Notes under the pieces: model-generated
What the model saw: only the letters and a program-made list of their open reading frames with translations
What the model was told of the DNA's origin: nothing
Database searches by the model: none
Position numbers and translations under genes: made by a program
Source: Gammaproteobacteria bacterium
Lineage (GTDB): Bacteria; Pseudomonadota; Gammaproteobacteria; UBA4575
Direction: 5' to 3'
Length of the DNA stretch: 64,000 nt
Assembly (NCBI GenBank): GCA_965243395.1
Contig: CBDEUS010000002.1
Coordinates: forward strand, 800,001-864,000
In this document: piece by piece, positions 10,005 through 19,689 of the stretch
Layout of the letters: the number at the start of each line of letters is the position of its first letter
Position numbering within the stretch: position 1 is the stretch's first letter

Positions 10005-11219
10005 TTAAGAAGCCTTAGCCGTGTCTAGCTTTAAAGCTTTATCTGAAAGGCTTTCAGGTAAGAAGTCAAGTACGGCAACGCTTACAGTGACAATTAAGAG
10101 TGCTATACAAGTGCCACCAATACCAAGCAGAATTTCCCATATGCTTGGTGAATATTCCGCTACAACACCATCAAAGAAGCCACTGCTAACTTCATAACCT
10201 GGAAACATATCGAGAGGATAGGCTTGTCCACCGATGATAATGACATATAACTGAGCTAACCCACCGATGATGACCAGTACCGAAGCAATACTTAAGCAGT
10301 TTCGGCATTGACTCATAGGTTTAATAAACACAAGTGCGAGTGGGATTAAACTACCTAAAACAATCTGTACGCCCCAAAATAAGAATGTATAGATACCACC
10401 GTTTAACAAAATAAATGCTTCTATGCCGTGATGTTCTGTTGCATATAAGTTTGTTAAATGTTTTGCGATTACAAAGTACAAAATTGCTGAAACAAATATA
10501 CCGAGTAACTTTCTAAGCTTATCCAGCATAGCATCACCCAAATTGCGATGTGTCCATGCATAGCTTGCTTGAAGAACTAAAATGAAAACAGCTAAACCAA
10601 ATGCAAATGACATGATAATAAACATGGGTGCCATGATGGCAGCATCATAGGCCTGGCGAGCGACTAAAAAACCAAAAATAGAACCAGTACCTGTAGTAAG
10701 TATTAATCGCCAAATAAATGCTAAGAAACCAGCAGGCTTGGTAAATTTGTTCATTTTGCGTTCCATCATCATCCACAAATAAATACCCGTAATGATGATA
10801 AATCCGGTATATAAGAAAATATTCCAGGCAAAGATCGATTTAAAGTTATATACCGTCATGGCAACGATCAGCCTATCCGGTCGGCCTAAATCCAAGACGA
10901 GAATAACCAGCCCACCAACTAACAAGGCAATTGCTAATAGGGCAGAAAGTCTGGCTAGGGGTTTGTAATCATATTTTCCAAATACAGATGAAATAGAGGC
11001 GACGTTAAGAGCACCAGAAGCGGCGACGATTAAAAAGATCGCAATGACATGCGGGAAGCCCCAGATAATTTGATTACTCATGCCTGTAATATGGTGGCCT
11101 TCAACATCCATATGATGTGCGGATAGATAACCAATCAATGCGGCAAGACCAAGTGCACTTAACAAAATCCAATACTGAATAGATTTTGCTTCGATAGAAC
11201 TAAAACGTGTGGTTTCCAT
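10005..11219 (-). CDS. dsrP: NrfD/PsrC-family membrane subunit DsrP
   Basis: TGMSNQIIWG, DLGRPDR, ARQAYDAA, multi-TM; start reassigned to ATG 11219 to remove the overlap with dsrO. Confidence 0.93.
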   Translation of the reverse strand: METTRFSSIEAKSIQYWILLSALGLAALIGYLSAHHMDVEGHHITGMSNQIIWGFPHVIAIFLIVAASGALNVASISSVFGKYDYKPLARLSALLAIALLVGGLVILVLDLGRPDRLIVAMTVYNFKSIFAWNIFLYTGFIIITGIYLWMMMERKMNKFTKPAGFLAFIWRLILTTGTGSIFGFLVARQAYDAAIMAPMFIIMSFAFGLAVFILVLQASYAWTHRNLGDAMLDKLRKLLGIFVSAILYFVIAKHLTNLYATEHHGIEAFILLNGGIYTFLFWGVQIVLGSLIPLALVFIKPMSQCRNCLSIASVLVIIGGLAQLYVIIIGGQAYPLDMFPGYEVSSGFFDGVVAEYSPSIWEILLGIGGTCIALLIVTVSVAVLDFLPESLSDKALKLDTAKAS

Positions 11220-11229
11220 AATACTTGTC

Positions 11230-12033
11230 TTATAAACCGCTATATCTAACACCCGTGTTGAGATTTAAATCAGCACGAATCTGTACACCACCATGTTTTT
11301 CTAATTTTTTAGAAATCTCACTGTTAGGGTCATTTAAATCTCCGAACAATAAAGCTTGATGCCCATCTTTCGCACAAGCTTCAGCGCAGGCAGTATTGTT
11401 ATCACCACGATCCACTTTGTGCACACACAAAGTACAGCTCTCTACACAACCTTTTCCACGTGGTGCATGCGGAAGTTGGTCTACAAGGGGTTCGTGTATA
11501 AATGAACGAGCTTTATATGGGCATGCCATCATGCAGTAACGACAGCCGATGCATGTGTGTGGGTTGACTAATACGATACCGTCTGCACGTTTAAAGGAAG
11601 CCTTAGTAGGGCAAACATCTACACAAGGCGGATGCTCGCAGTGTTGGCACATCATAGGCAATGATGTTACATGTCCTGTTTGTTTGTCTTTTATATTTAA
11701 TTTTCGAATCCATTGAGCATCAGTTGCGGGACGCCCTAAATCCCATAAACCATGCTCTTCATTGCATGCGGTAACGCATGCATCACAATCTTCTTGGCAG
11801 ACGTTTGTGTCAATTAACATACCCCAACGTTGCTTGTCCGTTACGGGTTCATCATCGAGTTTAGCAGATGCGGTTTGGTATAGCATCACACCAGGGGCGA
11901 TGGATAGTCCGCCTACTACAGCAGCGCTACGTAAAAAACTGCGCTTCTCAAGATCGACCTCATAAACGACATCGTCTGATGAATTGTTTAGTACGTGATC
12001 AATATTCGTATCAATATCTAATTTGTAGCGCAT
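11230..12033 (-). CDS. dsrO: Periplasmic 4Fe-4S protein DsrO
   Basis: RWGMLID, CQHCEHPPCVDVCP, CIGCRYCMMACPY; Tat-like KRSFL signal. Confidence 0.94.
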   Translation of the reverse strand: MRYKLDIDTNIDHVLNNSSDDVVYEVDLEKRSFLRSAAVVGGLSIAPGVMLYQTASAKLDDEPVTDKQRWGMLIDTNVCQEDCDACVTACNEEHGLWDLGRPATDAQWIRKLNIKDKQTGHVTSLPMMCQHCEHPPCVDVCPTKASFKRADGIVLVNPHTCIGCRYCMMACPYKARSFIHEPLVDQLPHAPRGKGCVESCTLCVHKVDRGDNNTACAEACAKDGHQALLFGDLNDPNSEISKKLEKHGGVQIRADLNLNTGVRYSGL

Positions 12034-12051
12034 GAGTATAATTTTACGTTA

Positions 12052-12546
12052 TTAACGCTCTACATTACTAAATTGCAAGTAATGTTGTATTTTTTCCTCG
12101 TTTGATTGATCCACTGTCTGGTTAGGATTCATAGCTTTACGTATCGCTTCTTCAGGGCGATCCGCATGGCACTGAAAACAATCAATGTTTACTGCCGTAA
12201 ATTGATGACAGCTTGCACAAAAATGCGTTTCCTCTGAATAGCGCGCATATTCACCTTCTGCATTCGCGGTGATATGACATTCAATACATTCAATTAAGCT
12301 GTGTTTTTTTGTGCGAATTCCATCGATTACGGTTTTATCGCGATGATCCAGCACAAATTCAAAATGTTGTTTACGCATAACTTCCACCGGCTCAACGCAC
12401 AATGTTTCATCATTATAATTTTCTTTTGGCGGCGGAATGTCTGGATGGTCATCATGTGCATAGGCAATCGTAATACCAATTATGCAGAACACGAGCGTGA
12501 TAGCTAATAACAAATAAACAAGATATTTTTTTACAAGTTTTCGCAT
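12052..12546 (-). CDS. dsrJ: Triheme cytochrome c DsrJ
   Basis: CVEPVEVMRKQH plus CIECH, CASCH, CFQCH heme motifs; N-terminal TM. Confidence 0.94.
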   Translation of the reverse strand: MRKLVKKYLVYLLLAITLVFCIIGITIAYAHDDHPDIPPPKENYNDETLCVEPVEVMRKQHFEFVLDHRDKTVIDGIRTKKHSLIECIECHITANAEGEYARYSEETHFCASCHQFTAVNIDCFQCHADRPEEAIRKAMNPNQTVDQSNEEKIQHYLQFSNVER

Positions 12547-12596
12547 CTCTAGATTTTATAAAAACGCTGTCTTCGACCCTTATCAATGACCCAATC

Positions 12597-14549
12597 TCAA
12601 TGACCCAGGGCCATATCAATGTAGCCCGTAGGGCATACATCTGCACAAATATGACAACCAATACACTTGTTGTAATCGGTGTCTACATAACGACCTGTTG
12701 TTGACTCATCTTTCTTGACTCTGAAAACAGCGTCTTGTGGGCAGTACACAACGCAGTTATCGCATTCAAAGCACATGCCGCAACTCATGCAACGATTGGC
12801 TTCTTCTACAGCTTGTTCTTCAGTGAAATTTTTCATGCGTTCTTCAAAGTGACCTAATACTTGTTCTGCATCTGGGCCATGTTCTTCACGTAAACCGCGT
12901 GGCGTGAAGGGGAAGTGTCCTAGGAATAATTCATCATAAGAAATGATTTCTTGTTCTGAACGATCTTCATAGTTATGTACTGAGAATTTAGATTCATCTG
13001 TGCCACGTGTTTCGCCAACGCTATAGTCGTCAGGTTCAAGACCAGACTCACGCAATTTTTCTAAAAGATCAAAATGATGCACATCCACTTTAGGGCGTTT
13101 TCTGATTTCGGTATCTTTAAAATAATAATCGATACTTTCAGCTGCAATGGATGCTTGTCCGATAGCAGTGGTTAATAAGTGAGGGCGAATGATGTCGCCA
13201 CAAACAAAATGGCCTTCGCGATCTGGTACTGCATAAAATTTATCTGCATCGATTAACCCACGGCCATTATCAAATTCTTCCAAGCCATCCAGGTCACCTC
13301 CTTGACCAATCGCAGATACGATAAGATCACATTCAATTTCAAATTCTGTACCTTCAACTGGTACGGGTCGGTTATCTTCCATTTTGCATTCCGCCATACG
13401 TATTGCGGTTGCACGGCCATCCTCTCCAGTCACAACTTTGACAGGCATTACACCATCTTTAATTTTTACCCCTTCGCGTTGTGCATCATGAACTTCGTGT
13501 TCCGCTGCAGTCATTTCTGATTTAGGGAACAATGAAGTAAGTGTTACATCTGCACCTTCACGAGCCGCGGCATAAGCCGCATCATGTGCTACATAGCCAC
13601 CTATCACATGTTCAGGGGCTTCTTCTTTATTAAGTTTTTCAATTTTTCCAAGTCGGCGTGCAACGGAAACGACGTCGATTGAAGTATCACCACCGCCCAC
13701 ACAGACAACACGGTCTGCGGTAACTTGTAAACGACCTGTATTGAAGGCTTCTAAAAACTTCACCCCCGAAACACAGTTTGGCGCATCGCCGCCCTCGACC
13801 GGCAAGCCGCGACCAGATTGACAACCTAATGCCCACAGAACTGCATCAAATTCTTTTTCGATATCTTCGACCGATACATCTTTACCAACACGGGTATTCA
13901 TACGTGTTTCGATGTTGCCCATGTCTAGAATGCGTTGTATTTCATGGTTTAGAAAATCACGCGGGGTGCGATAACCAGGTATGCCATAACGGAACATGCC
14001 GCCCAGTTCTTCATGATCATCGAAAATAACGCTGGCATGGCCCATACGACGTAATTGGTAGGCAGCAGCAAGTCCTGCTGGTCCACCGCCGATAATGGCT
14101 ATGGTTTTACCGGATAATTGTTCAGGAGCCTCAAATTTGAAACCTTGCTCATAAGCCGTGTCACCAATATATTGCTCTACAGCATTAATACCTACAAAGT
14201 CTTCTACATGGTTGCGATTACAGCCATCCTCGCAAGGTGCGGGACAAACTCGACCCATCATAGATGGAAAAGGGTTTGCATCCGTTGAACGCAAGAACGC
14301 ATACTCTTGCATACTCATGCCTTCTACTTGTGGTTTTTCTATACCACGTACAATTTGCAACCAGCCACGAATATCTTCTCCAGAAGGGCAGCTACCCTGG
14401 CATGGAGGTGTGCGATGTACATAAGTAGGGCATTTATGTGAATGATCAGCTTCAAAGATTTTTTCGCCAAAATTTCCCCACTCGTAATCTCCGTCTTCAA
14501 ATTTTCTAAACGTTAGTTTGTGGGTTATTTGTTCCTTAGGCGTCGCCAT
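12597..14549 (-). CDS. dsrL: Iron-sulfur flavoprotein DsrL (operonic copy, no YRR motif)
   Basis: TPPCQGSCP, GRVCPAPCEDGCNR, GGGPAG, GGGDTS, TSLFP, C-terminal CMSCGMCFECDNC and CIGCHICADVCP. Confidence 0.96.
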   Translation of the reverse strand: MATPKEQITHKLTFRKFEDGDYEWGNFGEKIFEADHSHKCPTYVHRTPPCQGSCPSGEDIRGWLQIVRGIEKPQVEGMSMQEYAFLRSTDANPFPSMMGRVCPAPCEDGCNRNHVEDFVGINAVEQYIGDTAYEQGFKFEAPEQLSGKTIAIIGGGPAGLAAAYQLRRMGHASVIFDDHEELGGMFRYGIPGYRTPRDFLNHEIQRILDMGNIETRMNTRVGKDVSVEDIEKEFDAVLWALGCQSGRGLPVEGGDAPNCVSGVKFLEAFNTGRLQVTADRVVCVGGGDTSIDVVSVARRLGKIEKLNKEEAPEHVIGGYVAHDAAYAAAREGADVTLTSLFPKSEMTAAEHEVHDAQREGVKIKDGVMPVKVVTGEDGRATAIRMAECKMEDNRPVPVEGTEFEIECDLIVSAIGQGGDLDGLEEFDNGRGLIDADKFYAVPDREGHFVCGDIIRPHLLTTAIGQASIAAESIDYYFKDTEIRKRPKVDVHHFDLLEKLRESGLEPDDYSVGETRGTDESKFSVHNYEDRSEQEIISYDELFLGHFPFTPRGLREEHGPDAEQVLGHFEERMKNFTEEQAVEEANRCMSCGMCFECDNCVVYCPQDAVFRVKKDESTTGRYVDTDYNKCIGCHICADVCPTGYIDMALGH

Positions 14550-14597
14550 TAGTTACTCCTATGTATAAATTTCCATCTAGGTTAATGTGTTAAAAAA

Positions 14598-16139
14598 TTA
14601 AGCGGCTTCTGCTTGCTCTTCATCATCAGGCTCGATTGCATCTCGGTTCTCAGGCTCAAATACAATTGCATTGCTGACTAATTGATGCAGACTCAAAATT
14701 TGATCCATACGAAAGTCATAGTATGGGAAAACTTTAGAAAATTGACTCTTACAAATGGCACATATGGCGGCCATATGGGTTACTCCATATGTATCCACAA
14801 CGTTTTTAAGAGCTTCCATGCGTGGTTGTGCACCTTTCACACGCAACTCAATTAAATCGTCGGTAAGTAGGCCACCACCACCACCACAGCAGTAAGTACC
14901 TTCTTTGATGGCATAGCTGGGCATATCCACATAGTTGTTGCATACCGCTTTGATAATTTCTCTGGGGATCTCAAACTGACCACCAGGTTTGTCACCCATA
15001 CGTGATGCCCGTGCAACATTGCAAGAATCATGATAGGTCACAACCATGTCATCATTTTGTGAAGGGTCTAAAGTTAACTTACCTTCTTTAATTAATTCAT
15101 GAGTAACTTCGCAAATATGTTGTGGCACTGGATAGTTGGGGTCTAGAAAATCAAATGGGCCCGCCAATGTGTTTAAGAAAGAATATGCGACACGCCATGC
15201 ATGTCCACATTCTCCAAAAACAATTCTTTTTGCACCTAAATCTATTGCAGCTTGACGTATGCGTAAGGCGAGTTTCTGCATGTTTTCATAACTACCTATA
15301 AACATGCCAAAGTTTGCAGCTTCACTGGCATAAGAACTTAAAGTCCAGGAAATGCCTGCTTGATGAAATACTTTTCCGTAACCAATTAAACCGTCAATAT
15401 GAGGTTCTGCAAAAAAATCAGCAGAAGGGGTAATTAACAATACCTCTGCACCTTTTTCATCTACCGGGAAGCGAACTTTTACACCTGTATCTTCTTCAAC
15501 GTCTTCTTCTAAACCTTCTAAGGTGTCAATTAATGCTGGTTCAGGTAAGCCTAAGTTGTTACCAATGGTTTGGGCTTTACCGATAATCTCATTGCAATAC
15601 TTTTGACCTTTGCCTACAGCGTCCATCACTTCACGAGCAGCCATAGAAATTTCTGCAGTATCAATTCCATATGGGCAATACACTGAACATCGTCTGCACT
15701 GAGAACACTGATGGAAATAGCTGTACCAATCATCCAACACTTCTTCTGTTAAATCTTCTGCCCCAACAAGCTTTGGAAATAGTTTTCCAGAAATAGTGTG
15801 GTAGCGACGATAGACTTTACGAAATAAATCTTGTCGAGCAACTGGCATATTTTTTGGGTCAGTTGTGCCTAGGTAGTAATGACATTTATCAGTACAAGCG
15901 CCACATTTCACACAGGAATCCAAAAACACTTGTAAGGAGCGATATTTGCCAGTGAGCTCTCCCATTTTATCGATTGCAACCTGTTGCCAGTTATCAACTA
16001 GCTCACCAGGGAAACCTAATTTTTCTTGAAACTCAGCTTTGGCAACAAATGGCTGACTATGTTTCATCACATCTTTTTGTAGATGTGGAATAACGGGATA
16101 TTCTTTTAATTCCGGTGTATCAAATTCTGCAGCAGCCAT
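14598..16139 (-). CDS. dsrK: DsrK, HdrD-like Fe-S subunit
   Basis: CVKCGACTDKC, CSQCRRCSVYCP, GECGH, HDSC, CCGGGGG, CAIC. Confidence 0.97.
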   Translation of the reverse strand: MAAAEFDTPELKEYPVIPHLQKDVMKHSQPFVAKAEFQEKLGFPGELVDNWQQVAIDKMGELTGKYRSLQVFLDSCVKCGACTDKCHYYLGTTDPKNMPVARQDLFRKVYRRYHTISGKLFPKLVGAEDLTEEVLDDWYSYFHQCSQCRRCSVYCPYGIDTAEISMAAREVMDAVGKGQKYCNEIIGKAQTIGNNLGLPEPALIDTLEGLEEDVEEDTGVKVRFPVDEKGAEVLLITPSADFFAEPHIDGLIGYGKVFHQAGISWTLSSYASEAANFGMFIGSYENMQKLALRIRQAAIDLGAKRIVFGECGHAWRVAYSFLNTLAGPFDFLDPNYPVPQHICEVTHELIKEGKLTLDPSQNDDMVVTYHDSCNVARASRMGDKPGGQFEIPREIIKAVCNNYVDMPSYAIKEGTYCCGGGGGLLTDDLIELRVKGAQPRMEALKNVVDTYGVTHMAAICAICKSQFSKVFPYYDFRMDQILSLHQLVSNAIVFEPENRDAIEPDDEEQAEAA

Positions 16140-16141
16140 AA

Positions 16142-16882
16142 TTAACTCGATTTATTAGATTCAAATTGATTTGCCCATTCTGCGAGATGGCGTTGTTCAC
16201 GCGGGTTATCAATTTGATTTCTTGTTGGACTAAAAAATACACCTGGAACATGTAAGAGCTTACTAAATGGAAATATGATCATTAAAATTATTACTAAACT
16301 CAGATGTATAATTAAGAACAGGTCATTAGGTAAGGGGTTAATTTCAAAAACCATAAGACCCAGTAAAAAAGATTTTAAAGAGACAATGTCGGTATGATCG
16401 ACAAACGTCATGAGCGCGCCTGTTACACCAATTGCAATAAGTAACAGCAACATTAAATGATCAGAAGGCGCAGAAATATAACGCACACGATCAACAAAGA
16501 TTCTGCGTGCTAATAATCCTGCCAAGCCGGCTAACATCATAAACGACGCATATTTGCCAAACGGCTGCAAAAAGACTACCCAGCCCCAAACAGGATCAGT
16601 GAAGTAACGCAAATGTCTCAATAAAACTAAAAACAGGCCAAAATGAAATAACCAACCAAACAACCATGTCCACTTATTTGATTTAAATAAGCTCTCAAAT
16701 ATTGTGACTTCTTTTATTATTCTAAAAGCTACGCCACTGCGTGTAGTCGGGGCAGGTGTGGTCGGGATTTTTAAAGGTGCCGGTATTTTTGCGTACAGCC
16801 AAACTTTATATGCTAAACCTACTACTAAAATAGCGGTCGCCACATAAAATAAAATTGCAAAAGTTATGGTTAAGGCTGACAT
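16142..16882 (-). CDS. dsrM: DsrM, NarI-like membrane cytochrome b
   Basis: PLKIPTTPAP, FH...LRHLRYF, PFSKLLH, PTRNQIDN. Confidence 0.96.
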   Translation of the reverse strand: MSALTITFAILFYVATAILVVGLAYKVWLYAKIPAPLKIPTTPAPTTRSGVAFRIIKEVTIFESLFKSNKWTWLFGWLFHFGLFLVLLRHLRYFTDPVWGWVVFLQPFGKYASFMMLAGLAGLLARRIFVDRVRYISAPSDHLMLLLLIAIGVTGALMTFVDHTDIVSLKSFLLGLMVFEINPLPNDLFLIIHLSLVIILMIIFPFSKLLHVPGVFFSPTRNQIDNPREQRHLAEWANQFESNKSS

Positions 16883-16936
16883 GTTTGTTACTTCCTTGAA
16901 ACATCATGCTTTGTTAAACATGACTAGCAAATAACA

Positions 16937-16962
16937 TTTAGAGGTGTTTAAACCACCCTAAA
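16937..16962 (-). terminator. Stem-loop immediately 3' of dsrC (partial terminator or stabiliser)
   Basis: Minus strand TTTAGGGTG-GTTTAAA-CACC(T)CTAAA; no U-tract. Confidence 0.45.
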
Positions 16963-16971
16963 TTATATGTG

Positions 16972-17304
16972 TTATACGCAACCAGTTGGTTTAGGTAGAC
17001 CCGCATATTTACATGCTTGTTTAGCAGGACCATAAGGAAATAATTCATATAAATATTTACTATTACCTTTGTCTTTACCTAATTTTTTACCAATTGCTTT
17101 AGTCAATACACGAACTGCTGGTGCAATTTGATATTCTTCATAGTACTCACGTAGAAAGTTAATAACTTCCCAATGATTATCTCCTAGCTCTGCACCATCA
17201 GCAGCAGCCATTGCATCTGCTAATTCGGGGCGCCAATCATTAAGATTTGCTAAATAACCTTCTTCGTCAGTTTCGTATGACTGCCCATTTACTTCTAAGG
17301 ACAT
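16972..17304 (-). CDS. dsrC: Sulfur carrier DsrC (both C-terminal Cys)
   Basis: C-terminus LFPYGPAKQACKYAGLPKPTGCV. Confidence 0.98.
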   Translation of the reverse strand: MSLEVNGQSYETDEEGYLANLNDWRPELADAMAAADGAELGDNHWEVINFLREYYEEYQIAPAVRVLTKAIGKKLGKDKGNSKYLYELFPYGPAKQACKYAGLPKPTGCV

Positions 17305-17342
17305 ATTGTTCTCCTGTTACCTATATAACGTTTATAAAAAAA

Positions 17343-17651
17343 TTAAAGCCAAGACTGAACTGTTTCATGTTCGGTCGTTAGATCTACAAAGCCGTCATAA
17401 TCGATTACATTGATACCATCGATTAATTTAGTGTCGCTAAGGCCACGGGCTTTGATATCGGGGCCTAAGACATAAAACGAAAAATCATCCATTGCTTTAG
17501 AAACGGCATCACTATATTTGGTGTTTTGCATTGCTCCAATTACACCGTCTTCAAATAACAATACAGAGCTACCTTTTTTTGCCAAGCGCAAGCAAGATTC
17601 AAGAGTATTGCGTTCAAATGGAGATTTATTAACTGTATGTAAAGTTGCCAT
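17343..17651 (-). CDS. dsrH: DsrH (TusB-like)
   Basis: LHTVNKSPF...LESCLR...EDGV...YDGFVDL...QSWL. Confidence 0.96.
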   Translation of the reverse strand: MATLHTVNKSPFERNTLESCLRLAKKGSSVLLFEDGVIGAMQNTKYSDAVSKAMDDFSFYVLGPDIKARGLSDTKLIDGINVIDYDGFVDLTTEHETVQSWL

Positions 17652-17707
17652 AAATTTTAATTAAAAGATTAGTGATCTTGTAAATTGTTAATTTGATATT
17701 TTGTCTC

Positions 17708-18127
17708 TTAGAAGCTCAAGACCACGTCTTGTTCATCAATAATATTAGTAAGCTCTTCACGACCAACAACGAATAAAGAATCTTTTTCAGCCCAATCATC
17801 ATCTTCGTCTTCATATTTTAATGCTTGAAGGTCATCTACTGATAAGCCACGTTCCTCTAAGGATTCTTTTTCCACGTAGATCTTTTTAATGTCGTAATCA
17901 CCCAACGCAGTATAAGTTTTAGAGAAATTTTTCATGCCTATACCGTCGGTATCCTGATCTTTAGTAAGTTGAAAAACACCATCATCAGCAAATACCAAAC
18001 TAATATCTTGATCAAATGCTGCCGCAATAAGTACAACTTCTAGCGATTCCAATGCGTAAATCGTTCCATAAGGGGCTTTACGATTGATATAACAGAATTT
18101 TTTTACTATGCCTTCACCATCTTCCAC
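17708..18127 (-). CDS. dsrF: DsrF (TusC-like)
   Basis: NRKAPYGTIYALESLEVVLI, DDGVFQL; GTG start after AGGAG. Confidence 0.96.
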   Translation of the reverse strand: MEDGEGIVKKFCYINRKAPYGTIYALESLEVVLIAAAFDQDISLVFADDGVFQLTKDQDTDGIGMKNFSKTYTALGDYDIKKIYVEKESLEERGLSVDDLQALKYEDEDDDWAEKDSLFVVGREELTNIIDEQDVVLSF

Positions 18128-18144
18128 TAGGTGTTCTCCTAAAA

Positions 18145-18537
18145 TTAATCTCCAAAGGTAACAAGTCGATCAGCTTGTATGCCCGCTTCAATAAGTTGTC
18201 CAAGACCTGATATGCGAAAGCCTTTGGCTAAATTATTTGCTTCTTTACCATGTCGTTTCATTTCATCTTCATCTAGCATGCCTCGACGCTGTGCTGCAGC
18301 AACGCACACAACTAAATCAAGCCCATGTTTCTCAGCTAGCTCAGACCATTCATTAGTAAGATTACGGTCATCTTGAGGTGGCACGCTTAAACTTGTGCCG
18401 TTGTTAACGCCGTCGTGGTAAAAAAAGACACGAAATATTTCGTGCCCATTATTCAACGCTGATTTGACAAACTGCAAGGCCGAATCAGAAGATTGATGCG
18501 TGTACGGTCCCTCGTTTATAACAATTCCAAATTTCAC
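18145..18537 (-). CDS. dsrE: Sulfurtransferase DsrE (TusD-like)
   Basis: GPYTHQ, RVFFYHDGV, active-site VCVAAAQRRG, SGLGQL. Confidence 0.97.
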   Translation of the reverse strand: MKFGIVINEGPYTHQSSDSALQFVKSALNNGHEIFRVFFYHDGVNNGTSLSVPPQDDRNLTNEWSELAEKHGLDLVVCVAAAQRRGMLDEDEMKRHGKEANNLAKGFRISGLGQLIEAGIQADRLVTFGD

Positions 18538-18551
18538 ATTGATCCCTCATG

Positions 18552-19625
18552 TTAGAAGCGAATGTGAGTCGAAGAATTCAAGCTTCGACGTGCACCGCGC
18601 CAGTTATCAATGTGGAACTTTGTAAACGGAAGTCCAGTAACCTCAAAGAAACGTGGCCAACCAATGCGCTCAACCCAATCGTTAATGCGTTCCCAGTCTT
18701 TTGCATTGTCACGATAGGCACGCAAAATATTTTTAACTACTGCAGTTGCTTCGGGCCACCGTGGCGGATTGTTAGGAATTCCAGCTGCCACTAATTTTTG
18801 GAATGTAGGTTTGCCTCTTGCATTACTGTGATTTCCACCCACCCAAATCGCGAGCTGACTATGTTCAGCGTCATTAATTTGCATTGGTGGGCATGGTGGG
18901 TAACAAGCCCCGCAGCAAATACATTTTTTCTCATCAACTTCTAAAGAAGGTTTGCCGTTAACTTGAGCAGGTCGAATGGCCGCAACAGGGCAGCGTGCTA
19001 CTACAGAAGGTCTTTCGCAAACATTAGAAACTAAATCATGATTTATTTTAGGTGGTTTGGTGTGTTGCACATTAATTGCAATATCACCTTGCCCACCACA
19101 ATTAATTTGACAACAAGATGTTGTGATATGAACACGATTAGGCATGTTGTTTTCGCGGAACTCATCAATGAGTTCATCCATCATTGCTTTAACAACACCT
19201 GATGCATCAGTACCGGGGATATCGCAGTGCAACCATCCTTGAGTATGCGAAATCATTGCTACTGAATTCTTTGTGCCGCCAACAATAAAGCCTTCAGATT
19301 CTAATACATCAATTAATGGCTGTACTTTTGCCTCATCGGCAACCATGTATTCAATATTGCTTCGAATCGTAAAACGCACATGTCCGTCTGCATACTCATC
19401 GCCTATGTCGCACAACTTGCGTAGAGTAAACACGTCTAATATGCGCTGAGTGCCTGCACGCACTGTCCAAATTTTATCGCCACCATCAGCTACATGAAGT
19501 AATACCCCTGGACGTGGGTGCTCATGATATTCCCAGTTACCATAATTTTTACGCATCAACGGATGCATGTATTGAAATCCGTCCGGACATCCAGATTCAA
19601 TGGGTGGACGATGTTCTTGCGCCAT
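18552..19625 (-). CDS. dsrB: Dissimilatory sulfite reductase beta subunit (oxidative type)
   Basis: HTQGWLHCDIP, SCCQINCG, CICCGACY, KDWERINDW. Confidence 0.99.
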   Translation of the reverse strand: MAQEHRPPIESGCPDGFQYMHPLMRKNYGNWEYHEHPRPGVLLHVADGGDKIWTVRAGTQRILDVFTLRKLCDIGDEYADGHVRFTIRSNIEYMVADEAKVQPLIDVLESEGFIVGGTKNSVAMISHTQGWLHCDIPGTDASGVVKAMMDELIDEFRENNMPNRVHITTSCCQINCGGQGDIAINVQHTKPPKINHDLVSNVCERPSVVARCPVAAIRPAQVNGKPSLEVDEKKCICCGACYPPCPPMQINDAEHSQLAIWVGGNHSNARGKPTFQKLVAAGIPNNPPRWPEATAVVKNILRAYRDNAKDWERINDWVERIGWPRFFEVTGLPFTKFHIDNWRGARRSLNSSTHIRF

Positions 19626-19689
19626 TATTTTCTCCTACGCTTATATATTTAAATTTTTATTGAAAGCTGTTGTGTTTATTTACGTGTGA

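Noticed and set aside
12568-12610. Short direct repeat TCAATGACCCA x2 at the dsrL stop
   Set aside because: Only 11 bp and partly coding; likely a local micro-duplication
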